DNA of 64,000 nucleotides from Candidatus Poribacteria bacterium (GTDB lineage Bacteria; Poribacteria; WGA-4E; WGA-3G), in NCBI GenBank assembly GCA_963663765.2, contig CAXXUA010000004.1, forward strand, positions 320,001-384,000, read 5' to 3'. The position numbers and the translations under genes are program-made. The notes under the pieces are model-generated. The model ran no database searches. It had not been told where the DNA came from and saw nothing but the letters and a program-made list of their open reading frames with translations. Positions 20,278 through 31,051 of the stretch are shown here, piece after piece. Positions within the stretch are counted from its first letter, which is position 1; each line of letters opens with the position of its first letter.

Positions 20278-21822
20278 GTGACGTTTGACATTATAATAAC
20301 TGAGGGGAACATTGTTGATGGAACAGGGAAACGTGATCCTTATGTCGCAGATATTGGAATTCAAGCTGATACCATTGCAGCCATTGGTGACCTTAGCAAC
20401 GCAGAAACATCAGAACGAATTTACGCAAAAGATAAAATTGTTTGCCCTGGTTTTATTGATGTGCATGTTCATTCAGAAATCTCTCTACTCGGGGGTCGAG
20501 ATCAATATGCAGCTGTGATGCAGGGTGTAACGACCCATCTAACTGCGCCTGATGGATTCGGTTGGGCTCCTTTGTCTGAACAACATGCGCGCGAACTCTG
20601 GCACTACACACAATTTGCTTATGGTGATGATGAAGTTCCACTTGATTGGGAGACACATGAAGATTACCTAAGTATGTTTGAAGATCGCATTCCTGCAAAT
20701 CTATATCCGCAAGTTCCTCACTGTGCTGTTCGACTTGGTGCAATGGGATGGGATCATCGTCCTGCAACTACAGATGAACTAATCGCAATGGAGAAAACTA
20801 CACGTCAGTGGTTGGAAGCGGGAGCATGTTGCCTATGTTTAGGACTTGACTATCAACCATCAGCGAATGCAAATTTACATGAGTTGGTATATTTGTCAAA
20901 GGTTGCTGCAAGTTACGATGCGATCTATGCCGCACATATCAGATACCAACTGATTGGTAGAAAAAAGGCTTGGGAAGAAACTATTGAAATCGCACAACGT
21001 GCTGAGATCCCTGTTCATATTTCACATGAACGCGTTGACGATGAAGCAGCAGAAATACTTGAAAAGATAGATAGAGAAGACATTGATTTGACATTTGAAT
21101 CATATCTATATCCTGCAGGTATGACACACCTTGCGATGTTGTTGCCGATGGAATACCAAACAGGTGCACCCGATACGATGTTAGCAAAACTTGAGAATCC
21201 TGATGTCCGTGAGAAGTCACTTCCATATCTAAAACAGAAATTAGGTGAAGGGAACCAGATTGTAGGATATAACAAAAATGGTAGATATATCGGATTGACA
21301 CTGACTGAGGCAGCAAAAAAGGAAGGGAAATCTAACGAGGATTTTGCCTATGATTTCATTCTGGATGAAACCGCAATAGAAACCTTTGTAATGCCGTGGG
21401 ATACTTCTCCTGAAGAAAATGAACGGACTTTGAATCGCACAGCAAATCATCCTCGGATGATGATTGCAAGTGATGGCGTTTACAATATACCACATCCGCA
21501 TCCTCGTAGTTATGGGTGCTTTGTACAGTTCCTTGGCAAGTTTGTCAGGGAACGGAAGTTACTCCCGCTGAAAGATGCAATATATAAAATGAGTGGTTTT
21601 CCAGCAGAACGATTTCGTTTATCTGATCGTGGAAAAATAAAAGAAGGACTTGCTGCTGATATTGTTGTTTTCAATCCGGAGATTGTTGCTGATCGTTCAA
21701 CGTGGTTTGATCCTGTTCAACCACCTGTGGGTGTAAACTGGGTGATTGTTAATGGCGTTGCAGTCATCAAAGATGGCATGGTAACTAAACAACTTCCAGG
21801 AAAAGTTCTTCGGAAACAATAA
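20278..21822 (+). CDS. N-acyl-D-amino-acid deacylase family amidohydrolase
   Basis: PGFIDVHVH, ASDG, HPHPRSYG. GGAGG SD before GTG 20278. Confidence 0.9.
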   Translation: MTFDIIITEGNIVDGTGKRDPYVADIGIQADTIAAIGDLSNAETSERIYAKDKIVCPGFIDVHVHSEISLLGGRDQYAAVMQGVTTHLTAPDGFGWAPLSEQHARELWHYTQFAYGDDEVPLDWETHEDYLSMFEDRIPANLYPQVPHCAVRLGAMGWDHRPATTDELIAMEKTTRQWLEAGACCLCLGLDYQPSANANLHELVYLSKVAASYDAIYAAHIRYQLIGRKKAWEETIEIAQRAEIPVHISHERVDDEAAEILEKIDREDIDLTFESYLYPAGMTHLAMLLPMEYQTGAPDTMLAKLENPDVREKSLPYLKQKLGEGNQIVGYNKNGRYIGLTLTEAAKKEGKSNEDFAYDFILDETAIETFVMPWDTSPEENERTLNRTANHPRMMIASDGVYNIPHPHPRSYGCFVQFLGKFVRERKLLPLKDAIYKMSGFPAERFRLSDRGKIKEGLAADIVVFNPEIVADRSTWFDPVQPPVGVNWVIVNGVAVIKDGMVTKQLPGKVLRKQ

Positions 21823-21846
21823 AAGCAACAATAGGATGGTAGGACT

Positions 21847-23292
21847 GTGGAAAGGTATGACCTGACGATTATTGGTGGTGGTAGTGCAGGACTTGTTCTT
21901 GCAGTCGCTGGTGCAAAACTTGGTAAAAAGACTGCTCTTGTAGAGAAACATCGCATCGGTGGTGACTGTCTATGGACAGGATGTGTGCCTTCAAAAGCAC
22001 TACTGAAAACAGCGAAGGTATCAAACTACATTCGTAACGCAGAGAAATATGGTATTACAACAAATGAAACAAAACCTGACTGGCATAAGGTAATAGACTA
22101 TGTAAAAAGCACGCAACACATTATTCAAGAGGAACACGACAATCCTGAACGATTTCGGGATATGGGTGTTGATGTAATATTTGGAAACGGACATTTTGAG
22201 TCGCGTGATACTTTTGTCGTTGAGGATTCAGAGAAAAATCAAACACGCACACTAAAGAGTAAGCGATTTGTTATTTCCACTGGTTCTCGTCCGTTGGCTC
22301 CTGATATACCTGGATTGGATTCTTGTGATTTTCTTGACAGTGAAAATATATGGGATATTCAAGAATTACCACAACGGCTGCTTGTTGTTGGAGCTGGACC
22401 AATAGGTATTGAATTGGGACAAGCATTTCATCGGTTAGGTTCAAAAGTAACAATCTCACAACGTAGTGGACGCATTCTTACCAAAGAGGATACTGATGTT
22501 TCTGAACGGATGTTAGAATATCTTACCACAGAAGGCATTGATATCCGACTCAATACGAAAATTTCAAAAGTTGAACAACAAAATGATGGTATTAGAGTAA
22601 GGTTTGCAGATATAGAAAATGCCACATCCGAAGCAAATTGTGAACGAATCTATGATAAAATCCTTATCGCAGCAGGTAGAGCACCAAATGTTGAAGGTTT
22701 GGGACTTGACAAAATCGGTGTTAAAGTCCAAAAAAATGGGATTGTCGTCAATGGACAACTTCAGACACATGTGAAACACATTTATGCTGCAGGTGACGTT
22801 ATCGGACACTATCTATTTACACATGTGGCAGCATTTCAAGCACAGTTGCTTGTTCGTAATTTCTTATTGCCATTAGCAAAAAAGATCGATTATTCTGTTG
22901 TACCTTGGACGACATTTTGTGATCCTGAGGTTGCACGGTGCGGTTTGACTGAAGCGGAAGCACGCGAAAAATATGGTGATGTTGATGTGTTCTCATTAGA
23001 GCAGACAGATGTTGATAGAGCTGTTGCGGATGGAGAAACACACGGATTTACGAAAGTTATCGCATCAAAATGGCGTGGCAAAATATTAGGCGTTCATATA
23101 GTCGGGACAAATGCTGGTGAGATTATACACGAGTATGTTCTGGCGATGCAGGAGGGGATTCCGTTACGTAAATTGGGTGGAATGATGCACGTGTATCCGA
23201 CTTATTCAACAAGTGTATGGCGGGTAACAGCGAAATGGTTGTCAGAGGGAACACTGGTTAAGACTTTGCGGAGGTTTACAGGGACAGGATAA
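21847..23292 (+). CDS. Pyridine nucleotide-disulfide oxidoreductase (dihydrolipoamide dehydrogenase/MerA-like)
   Basis: GGGSAG, GGDCLWTGCVPSK, GAGPIG, HVYPT. No C-terminal Cys pair. Confidence 0.9.
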   Translation: MERYDLTIIGGGSAGLVLAVAGAKLGKKTALVEKHRIGGDCLWTGCVPSKALLKTAKVSNYIRNAEKYGITTNETKPDWHKVIDYVKSTQHIIQEEHDNPERFRDMGVDVIFGNGHFESRDTFVVEDSEKNQTRTLKSKRFVISTGSRPLAPDIPGLDSCDFLDSENIWDIQELPQRLLVVGAGPIGIELGQAFHRLGSKVTISQRSGRILTKEDTDVSERMLEYLTTEGIDIRLNTKISKVEQQNDGIRVRFADIENATSEANCERIYDKILIAAGRAPNVEGLGLDKIGVKVQKNGIVVNGQLQTHVKHIYAAGDVIGHYLFTHVAAFQAQLLVRNFLLPLAKKIDYSVVPWTTFCDPEVARCGLTEAEAREKYGDVDVFSLEQTDVDRAVADGETHGFTKVIASKWRGKILGVHIVGTNAGEIIHEYVLAMQEGIPLRKLGGMMHVYPTYSTSVWRVTAKWLSEGTLVKTLRRFTGTG

Positions 23293-23314
23293 AGTGTTTT
23301 TACAATTACATAGA

Positions 23315-23569
23315 TCAATAGATTTTACTGCGATGTCCAATCCGATGGACAACTACCTCTTTTTTCTGTCTATTGAAAGTGTAGATAATTCGATAATCCT
23401 GCATTCTTTGACTGAACTTTCCTCTATCTCTACCTTTTAATGCTTTGTGCGGCCAAGTATCACAATTTTCGCATAATTGATCCAATTTTCTGCGGACTCT
23501 ACGGGCGATTGAAATATCCAAACGCCCCAAGGCATCCTCAGCCTTTTGCATGAATTCTAAACGGTACAT
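23315..23569 (-). CDS. RelE/ParE family toxin
   Basis: 84-aa basic protein with RMQDYRIIY...HRIGHRSKIY. Confidence 0.85.
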   Translation of the reverse strand: MYRLEFMQKAEDALGRLDISIARRVRRKLDQLCENCDTWPHKALKGRDRGKFSQRMQDYRIIYTFNRQKKEVVVHRIGHRSKIY

Positions 23570-23576
23570 TTACAGT

Positions 23577-24275
23577 CTACAGCCCTAACTTTCTCGCCAC
23601 TTCCTCAATCGGAATAGGCTTAATTTTGCCAGACTCGTAATCAGCAATACTTTGGTCGATCTCAGCAACAATATCAGGTTTTAGTTCTAATCCTTCATCT
23701 GGATCGTAGTCGTAAGCCTCCAATGCAAGTTCAAAGAGTTCATAAGCCACAAAAAATTCCCGAAATACTGCGTCCAATTGTTGAAGTGAAGGTTTCTGCT
23801 CAAGTAAACTCATGATCTTTTCGCGCACACTGAAGATTTCTTGTCTAACAAGTGTTAGGATAAGTTCGCAATACTCTTTGAATGACAATTCGGAAATCTT
23901 CATAACGGGCATCGGATCGCTTTCTAAGTAACCCCCCATCCGTCTGCACATCCGTTCTTCAAGGGTTGTTTTTCTATTGGCGTGTATATAATCAAGTTGA
24001 CGTTTTAACTTTTTGGCAAGCGGTGTGTGCGGCTCAAGGCCTTGCAGCGGATCTTCTTCATATTCTTCAAGCCAAAAGGCGATGCTTTCATAACCACAAA
24101 AGAATTCTCGAAACTCTGCTTCCAATTTCACCCTGTTCTCTGATGAAGGTTTTACGTTGAACAACTTAATGAGCCGCTCACGGACGTTAAATAAATCGTC
24201 ATGAACAAGACGTTGAAGCAATTCGTAGATCTCAATATGAGACATATCAACAAGTTTTTTCACAAGTCTCTCCAT
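23577..24275 (-). CDS. Putative antitoxin with internally duplicated domain
   Basis: Immediately upstream of relE. Acidic C-terminus DPDEGLELKP...IPIEEVARKLGL. Confidence 0.7.
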   Translation of the reverse strand: MERLVKKLVDMSHIEIYELLQRLVHDDLFNVRERLIKLFNVKPSSENRVKLEAEFREFFCGYESIAFWLEEYEEDPLQGLEPHTPLAKKLKRQLDYIHANRKTTLEERMCRRMGGYLESDPMPVMKISELSFKEYCELILTLVRQEIFSVREKIMSLLEQKPSLQQLDAVFREFFVAYELFELALEAYDYDPDEGLELKPDIVAEIDQSIADYESGKIKPIPIEEVARKLGL

Positions 24276-24645
24276 TTATGTGTTAAAACTACTACATATT
24301 TTAACACAATCCATAGATACGATCAAACGCTTTTCGCTAAATTTTTAGAGAATGGAAAAAAAGTCGGAAACTATACCCTTTATCGGTTGAGAAATTTCAG
24401 GGATTCTAACCTTACGTGTGCAATTTCTGCATGCAAAATAGGCATTTATCTGAGAGTATAGTACCGACTCACCTAAGGAGGCTTAAGGGATTATTAGCAA
24501 TTATTATGCCAACGAAATTGTAAAATATATCGCTATTTGTTAGAAATTATTGCTAACTTTTTGGTCAACGTGTTGAAAAAATAGTCATTGATTTGTATGG
24601 GAAGGCGAGATAGTAAGGTTGTATTCAACGTTTTACTATAATCGG

Positions 24646-27600
24646 TTAGTCTGTTGATTCTTCAGGATTATATAAATTCTCATAGAAATACAATATTGTC
24701 TTTAGATCGTTCCAATGTTTCTCTGAGAACCAAATCTGTATAATGTCACCTTTCGTTTGCATACTGACTTCTGGTACATCTGAAACTTTAAGTGCATTAT
24801 AAAGTGTTTGTCGGACCTGAGGATCTTTTTTAACATACTCCTTATATTTCGCAGAACATAATGGACAAAGAGCTATATATTGTGCTCTATGTTCTATTGG
24901 AAAGTGGTCTTTTCTAAGTGCTTCGACTGCCTCAAAGTAATCATCATGACTATTACGTTTTTTGAAAGGCATTTCTTCTTCACACATTTGACACACCATT
25001 TTGCTGTCATCTGTATAATTTGCTGTGAGATAAGGTTGTGGTTCAATTGCCCCACGTGAAACCCTTACGCTTCTTGCTCTCTGCTCGTATTCTTTTGCAG
25101 GTGAGTTGCCTAGTTCTTTAATAAGTCGTTTTGTTCGCCGTTCCTGAGGATTGATTCTTTTGCGCAACTGCAGAGGTGATTTTCCTTGCGCTTTCCAATC
25201 CTTGTAAATATCAGCAACTTCTTCTGCTTCATCGGAAGAGTCATATCCTAACTCTTCATCACGTTTATTTCGTTCTCTTTTCTCATCTTCCTCACGTTCA
25301 ATTTGCAGCCTACGTTGTTTTTCAATTTCTATGTGTTTTTGTTGTTGTTTTGCAACTTTTCCGAATTCAATTACCTCAAGCCACTTTTGTTCTGCATCGA
25401 ATGGAAAACCGCCAGGGAGTCTCTCAATTGATGCATCACAAGGACGTACATAAATAAAATCATCACCTTCTTTTTTTGGTACCCATTTTGACTGTTTCAA
25501 ATTCCATACAAGACTAGAATGTCCTTCCTGTAACACATTAGATTGATTCCATTGAAAACGTGCTTTCAAACGATTTGAAGGTAGAGAATACATTGATTCC
25601 CAAACCAGTTTTGACTTAACAATTGAAGGATCAACTAAAAGGATTTGGAATTCGGGGATTCTATAATCTTCATCGATTCCTGTATGTCTCCAATAGCCAG
25701 ATCCAATGCCAAGATTATTTTTCCATTCAGGATGGTCAGAGGAAACTTCTTGAGGAATTGCTTCCAATTCTGTCTTAGCACCTAATTTTTTGGCAAATTC
25801 ACAAAGTTTTTTCGGATCTATTTCTGATTTCTCATACAATAAGGAGAAAAATAGGAAATCTACGTCCATATCCTCAAGCATCTTCATGTACTTATCATCC
25901 TCATAACATGCGCTCAAACCTGTATCAAGATAAGGTGTATCAAGGAACACACGATCTGCTGAAACAAACCCACCGGTAGTTTCAAAGATATAGTAATCTC
26001 TGAACAAATTTGCTTTATCGGGATCATTATCTACAAGTGCAATGAATTTTTTTATATCTATAAGATGCTGCTGTACGTCTTGATGATTCAATAAATCGTC
26101 TTTGTATCGTCGTTCCAAAATTAACTTAATTCGCTCTGCTTCGTCAATTTCACGAACACCTATTTCTTCAAGGAATGCGCGGGATTTCTTCTGCTGATTC
26201 CTATTTTGCCCTGATGAATAGACATCTTTTAAAACGTAGTTGAACCCTTCCTCGTACCTTTCGTTATCTTCAGGGAAATGGCACTCACTGCCAATTCTAT
26301 ACTCACCAGCGCTACAACGAACTATCTGGAGTTTAGATAACCTGTCTTTACGTTCACCTACAAAATAACGTGAAGATGATGGTGTACTTGATAGGAATTC
26401 ATTAAGTAAGGCATATAGTTGTTGATGCCACACGTCCGATTTTGCATTCAACCACTCAATCACTCTATCAGACACAGGCTGTAATGCTTCTATCAAGTTC
26501 TCAATTTTCCATTCAGAAATGTCTAACATGGTTAGAAAATTGTCTTCCCGCGACGAGTCTCGAAGCCGAGGATTCGCAATCCAAAGTGGTAAAGAACTGT
26601 CTATTCCAAGAAGTGTTTTCAGATCTTTATCGTCGACCAGATCGGATAAACTCCCTTCGCGTCTTGCTGTTCTAAACGTTGCTGATGCTGCGCCATGACC
26701 ACCCTGTTTCATCGGAACCAGTTTTTTCTGATTAAATTCCTTGATCAACTGTTCTTGGATAAAAAGATAAAAAATGGTTAGATTATCTTTGTCATTGGGT
26801 AGGGTCGCAAGAAATTCTACGTCTAACAATTCGCGCTCACGAATGGCATGCATTGATTCAGCAACCAAAACCGCAAGATGATCTCGCAGTTCGTCATTCG
26901 CGGGACAATCCCGGACACTGTTACGTGCAACAGTTGATGCAAAGGGAGCGTGCATGTGGAACCGCAGCTTGGATTCTTCTTTTGTAGCAGGAAAATAAAT
27001 ACAGACCTGTCCAGAGTTTAGCGGTGTGATTTTCCAGGTTTTGTCTTTAGATTTATCAATGCCGAAGGCAACTGCAATTAGACAACGTTTGAGTCTATTA
27101 TCTTCATCTCGAACTTCAATGTCCTTAGTAAACCTTAGATAATGGGTGGAATCAGGTGCTATATTTCCTGGACACATTACAGAAATCTCAATTAGGTTCT
27201 TATTATTTGAACTTTCTATTCGCTCAAGGAAACCGATTGTTGAATCTTGCAGATAGTACTCTATCTTGCTAATGTTACTTAGAAACATCAACGTGTTTTC
27301 GTTTAATTGTCGGAGTTTCGTTTCTATCTCAGCACACGCTTTTTCTGGAGGCATTTCAGAATTGTCAAAAGGAAAAACAAAACGTGTTCTCCCCTCACCA
27401 AGTGATCCTGGAGTCAGACATTCAGTTTCTGGAACAAACATGTCGCGGATTCGAAAGTGAAAGTTTCCAGATTCTATCTCTGGTGTAGAAGTATAGGCAA
27501 ATACTGCCTTAAAACCGATACCAAACTTGCCAATGCTTGTAGCATCATCTGCCTTGGTAGTGGATCCGATATTAGTTATTGATTCTACGTCCTTTATCGT

Positions 27601-27825
27601 AAACAAGTGGGTACCATTATGTTCAAACTCAAGTCTGTCTGTATAGAGAAAGAACTTAACCGCTGAAGCCTTGGCATCTTCAGCATTTTGAAGCAATTCA
27701 TAAATGAAGTGCACTTTGTCCGAGTAAAGCAATGTCAGCAGTCCCTTGAAACCCTCCATTGCCCCATTCTCAATGAGTTGTTGTCGTAATTCTTTACGTT
27801 TTTCAGACAACTGTTCAATCGTCAT
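24646..27825 (-). CDS. Sacsin/NO VEIN-type GHKL ATPase with C-terminal HNH-like Zn domain
   Basis: ELLQNAEDA, IGKFGIGFKAVF. C-terminal CQMC...YFEAVE...LCPLC. Confidence 0.8.
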   Translation of the reverse strand: MTIEQLSEKRKELRQQLIENGAMEGFKGLLTLLYSDKVHFIYELLQNAEDAKASAVKFFLYTDRLEFEHNGTHLFTIKDVESITNIGSTTKADDATSIGKFGIGFKAVFAYTSTPEIESGNFHFRIRDMFVPETECLTPGSLGEGRTRFVFPFDNSEMPPEKACAEIETKLRQLNENTLMFLSNISKIEYYLQDSTIGFLERIESSNNKNLIEISVMCPGNIAPDSTHYLRFTKDIEVRDEDNRLKRCLIAVAFGIDKSKDKTWKITPLNSGQVCIYFPATKEESKLRFHMHAPFASTVARNSVRDCPANDELRDHLAVLVAESMHAIRERELLDVEFLATLPNDKDNLTIFYLFIQEQLIKEFNQKKLVPMKQGGHGAASATFRTARREGSLSDLVDDKDLKTLLGIDSSLPLWIANPRLRDSSREDNFLTMLDISEWKIENLIEALQPVSDRVIEWLNAKSDVWHQQLYALLNEFLSSTPSSSRYFVGERKDRLSKLQIVRCSAGEYRIGSECHFPEDNERYEEGFNYVLKDVYSSGQNRNQQKKSRAFLEEIGVREIDEAERIKLILERRYKDDLLNHQDVQQHLIDIKKFIALVDNDPDKANLFRDYYIFETTGGFVSADRVFLDTPYLDTGLSACYEDDKYMKMLEDMDVDFLFFSLLYEKSEIDPKKLCEFAKKLGAKTELEAIPQEVSSDHPEWKNNLGIGSGYWRHTGIDEDYRIPEFQILLVDPSIVKSKLVWESMYSLPSNRLKARFQWNQSNVLQEGHSSLVWNLKQSKWVPKKEGDDFIYVRPCDASIERLPGGFPFDAEQKWLEVIEFGKVAKQQQKHIEIEKQRRLQIEREEDEKRERNKRDEELGYDSSDEAEEVADIYKDWKAQGKSPLQLRKRINPQERRTKRLIKELGNSPAKEYEQRARSVRVSRGAIEPQPYLTANYTDDSKMVCQMCEEEMPFKKRNSHDDYFEAVEALRKDHFPIEHRAQYIALCPLCSAKYKEYVKKDPQVRQTLYNALKVSDVPEVSMQTKGDIIQIWFSEKHWNDLKTILYFYENLYNPEESTD

Positions 27826-30800
27826 TATTTACCCTTTTCACAGTTAGTACCCCATACGCTACCAGTTTTGCAGTAATATCTGCCTTTTCCGTGCCCTTCT
27901 CCAATTCCTGAATGCGTCGATTGTAATCAATCTCAGCTTTAGCAATTTCTTGTCGGCGCATCCGTTGAATGTTGGGATCAGGCACGTCCACAATTTGCTT
28001 TTCAAGCAGTGTTATCCGTTTCTGGTGACTCGTTGATAGACTTTCCTTTTGATATTCAACAGTCTCCAGGATTTCTTCTCTATGCTTCATACGTGCTTCA
28101 GTCCATAGGGAGTGGTGCCGTTCTTCCAACGCTTTCTGATCGGTTAAACTCACATCTTCACCTATATCGTTATCCTCAGCTGTTTCCAGTAAAGGACAGA
28201 GATGTGGTGTCAACACATTTGATGACGTGATCGGCATTAGAACCCAATCCTCTCTATTGCCGAGATACTCCCATTTGTAGATAGCAAATTGATAACGACC
28301 TGTTGGGACTTGATTCGTCCTAACCTTAAGCGTTACAACGATTTCTGTTGCTTTGTCCAATACTGCTGATGCCTGTTTTATCAGTGGATGAATAGGCATG
28401 ATAAACACCGCTTTAGGATGCTGCGTAGCACTTTCCGCCTCAAACGTTATCGTTAAATGCTGCTCAGTTCCCTTCAACCAGTTCTCCCACTCACGATGGA
28501 TCTTTGTCCTTTCCCTTCGCAGTTGCTGAAAATCACGTAATAAAGTGTTGCGTGCATCTTCCGAAAGACGAAGCGTTTTGCGAGATTTTTCACCGAGTAT
28601 AAACTCATGCGCTGTACCAAGTTTCTGCTGAAGATAGTGTGTAACAAGTCGCTGGACTGATGCTGGAGACAACCAAAAACTTGATGCTTCTTCTACTTCT
28701 TTCTCTATTCTTTGTTCTTTCTCCTTCCTTTGATCAGGGAGTTGAAGACTAAAAAGGTCCAATTGTTGTGCTTCCAAGTTTTCTTGCTCTTGTAAAATTC
28801 GAATTTCGTTATCTTCCAACTGTTGTAGCTTAACTATTCGTTCCTTTTGGGTCAATTCAAAATCTTCGGCTATGTTTTGAAGTTCAGTTGTTATTTCACC
28901 AAGAATTTCTTCACTTCCACCCAATGCACTCTCAAATACACCGATACGCATTAAGCACCGTTCATAAATATCCGCATCCACAGTTTCGGGAGTTATCAAA
29001 TTGATAATAGTAACGCTCTCACTCATTTGTCCTCTCCTGTCAATACGACCAATGCGTTGTTCAATTTTCATTGGGTTCCAGGGCAGATCGTAGTTTACGA
29101 TGCAATCACAGAATTGGTAATCTAAACCCTCACATCCGACTTCTGAGAACAACATGATGTCAAGACAATCGCTTTCCGTTCTTAGTTTTTTGAATCGATC
29201 GCTGAGTTCGCGACGTTCCTCATCCGGTACGCCACCATGGATCATGCCGACGCGAACGTCATCCGCTTTGAGGTGTTTGTAAAGATACGCGAGTGTGTGT
29301 CGGAAACTGCTAAAAATCATGATTTTGTTATTAGGGAGGTTTTGCCTATCACGGACAATTTCTCGGAGTTTTTCCAATTTAGAATCCGCTCCATCAAGTT
29401 TTCTTACTTTTTCAAGAAGTGCGTGGAAATGTTCCCTGATTAGTGTGACAAACTCTGGGGGTGGGATCGCATCCGCAGCGTCAGCTTCTGTCCACTCAAG
29501 TTCGTCAAGGTTACGATTTAAAATGTCTTCAAGGAATGGTTTAAGTCCATATAGGCAACTTGCCAACTGCCGACGGAGGGTTGTCATCATGAAGTTAACC
29601 CTCTTATCACCGTGAAGAATACGGAATATTTCTGCTTTTGTTTCGAGTAGTGCCGCATGGATTTCTTCCTGTTCCGGTGTCTGTGACACTTCCACGGTCT
29701 GTGACTTACGAATGGTAAACTCACCAATATCGCGTCGGCGGGTTCTGTTGATAATTCCTGAAAGGGTGTGAAGTTCCTCCATATCTGTGATGAGTTGAAT
29801 CCGCTGTTCATGCGTGACTTGTCCTTCAGTAAGATGTCTTCTAATCCTTATGAAATCAGGATTTTTACTAAGGATCGCTTGTCCCCATGCGGTTGTAGCA
29901 GCTTTGTCAAGAGCCTTCTTTGCATCCTGTATCCAACCTTTTTTTTGTGCACGTGCAGCATCAACTGCCAGATTGATAGCCGAGTTTGGTTTCGACATGT
30001 GTTCAAAACTCTCCTGGTCCAAGATCAAATCAGGACGAAGAACATTTAACAATACGTATAAATCATGACTATCGAGTTGGATAGGCGTTGCAGTCAGAAA
30101 GACAGCTGCTTCTGCGTTTTCACAGAAAAAACGGACAGCTTCATGGTTAGCAGTATTCTGATTACGGATGTGGTGAGCTTCATCTACTATGACAAGGTCA
30201 AAATGTGGTGGCGGATTAAGATCTATAAGTCCTTGTCTACTCTTTCGCTTGCGACTAGCACCTGGACCGAAAAGGAGTGTCTTATCTAACAACGAATAGG
30301 GTAGAATTATTTTCTGGTATTGCTCCGACCATACGCCATCTAAATGCATCTCATTGATGCAGTATCGTAAGGTTTTTCCATCGAGATGCGTAAAATCTTC
30401 GTCGAATCGTTTCATCTCACGATACCACTTTTCCTCAGCAACCAGTGGACGCGGACACACAATTAGGACAGATTTAAGATCACCACGCGCCTGCAGTTCA
30501 CGTAAAATAAGACCTGCCTCAATCGTTTTCCCTACGCCGACACTATCGGCAATAAGCAACCTCGGACGATCAGACTTGATAAACTTCAGGACAGGTCGGT
30601 ACTGGTACGGAATAAAGTCAATACGTGCAGCATTGAGTGAATACAACGTTGATAAGGCCGGAGATCGGATTTGAAGCGCGGTGAGGTAAGCGTGAAATTC
30701 ATCACATGAAAGGCGTGGAGAGTCGTCTTCACCTTGAACCTCAATCTGTAACTGAGATGCGTAGAAGGTTTGAACATTGTTATCAACAAAAACTTTAACA

Positions 30801-30907
30801 CTATCTTCAGGAGTTCCCGAAATTATTTCAACTATTGCTCCCCGAACTGAGGGATTTGATTTCAAAGTTACAATTTGACCTGGAGTGGCATTTAGCTTTT
30901 TTTCCAT
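27815..30907 (-). CDS. SNF2/RapA-like helicase
   Basis: LIADSVGVGKT, DEAH, TATP, YDLPWNP, QRIGRIDR. The ORF-track start at 30967 lies in a repeat element. Confidence 0.9.
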   Translation of the reverse strand: MEKKLNATPGQIVTLKSNPSVRGAIVEIISGTPEDSVKVFVDNNVQTFYASQLQIEVQGEDDSPRLSCDEFHAYLTALQIRSPALSTLYSLNAARIDFIPYQYRPVLKFIKSDRPRLLIADSVGVGKTIEAGLILRELQARGDLKSVLIVCPRPLVAEEKWYREMKRFDEDFTHLDGKTLRYCINEMHLDGVWSEQYQKIILPYSLLDKTLLFGPGASRKRKSRQGLIDLNPPPHFDLVIVDEAHHIRNQNTANHEAVRFFCENAEAAVFLTATPIQLDSHDLYVLLNVLRPDLILDQESFEHMSKPNSAINLAVDAARAQKKGWIQDAKKALDKAATTAWGQAILSKNPDFIRIRRHLTEGQVTHEQRIQLITDMEELHTLSGIINRTRRRDIGEFTIRKSQTVEVSQTPEQEEIHAALLETKAEIFRILHGDKRVNFMMTTLRRQLASCLYGLKPFLEDILNRNLDELEWTEADAADAIPPPEFVTLIREHFHALLEKVRKLDGADSKLEKLREIVRDRQNLPNNKIMIFSSFRHTLAYLYKHLKADDVRVGMIHGGVPDEERRELSDRFKKLRTESDCLDIMLFSEVGCEGLDYQFCDCIVNYDLPWNPMKIEQRIGRIDRRGQMSESVTIINLITPETVDADIYERCLMRIGVFESALGGSEEILGEITTELQNIAEDFELTQKERIVKLQQLEDNEIRILQEQENLEAQQLDLFSLQLPDQRKEKEQRIEKEVEEASSFWLSPASVQRLVTHYLQQKLGTAHEFILGEKSRKTLRLSEDARNTLLRDFQQLRRERTKIHREWENWLKGTEQHLTITFEAESATQHPKAVFIMPIHPLIKQASAVLDKATEIVVTLKVRTNQVPTGRYQFAIYKWEYLGNREDWVLMPITSSNVLTPHLCPLLETAEDNDIGEDVSLTDQKALEERHHSLWTEARMKHREEILETVEYQKESLSTSHQKRITLLEKQIVDVPDPNIQRMRRQEIAKAEIDYNRRIQELEKGTEKADITAKLVAYGVLTVKRVNNDD

Positions 30908-30931
30908 AGGCATTTTCCTCTTATTACAATC

Positions 30932-31036
30932 TATGGTAGATCTTAGAATTAATTGGACACTTAACATCAGCGAGGTTAGGAAACCTCGCCTACCGTGGGA
31001 GTAGTAAGTGTATAATTATTTCGATAATTCACCATA
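30932..31036. repeat. Small imperfect-TIR element with one REP
   Basis: TATGGTAGAT...ATTCACCATA ends. Contains GCGAGGTTAGGAAACCTCGCCTACC. Confidence 0.5.
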
Positions 31037-31051
31037 CGCGAACTTTTACCC

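Noticed and set aside
21847-23292. merA mercuric reductase
   Set aside because: No C-terminal Cys-Cys pair, no NmerA domain and no mer operon context.
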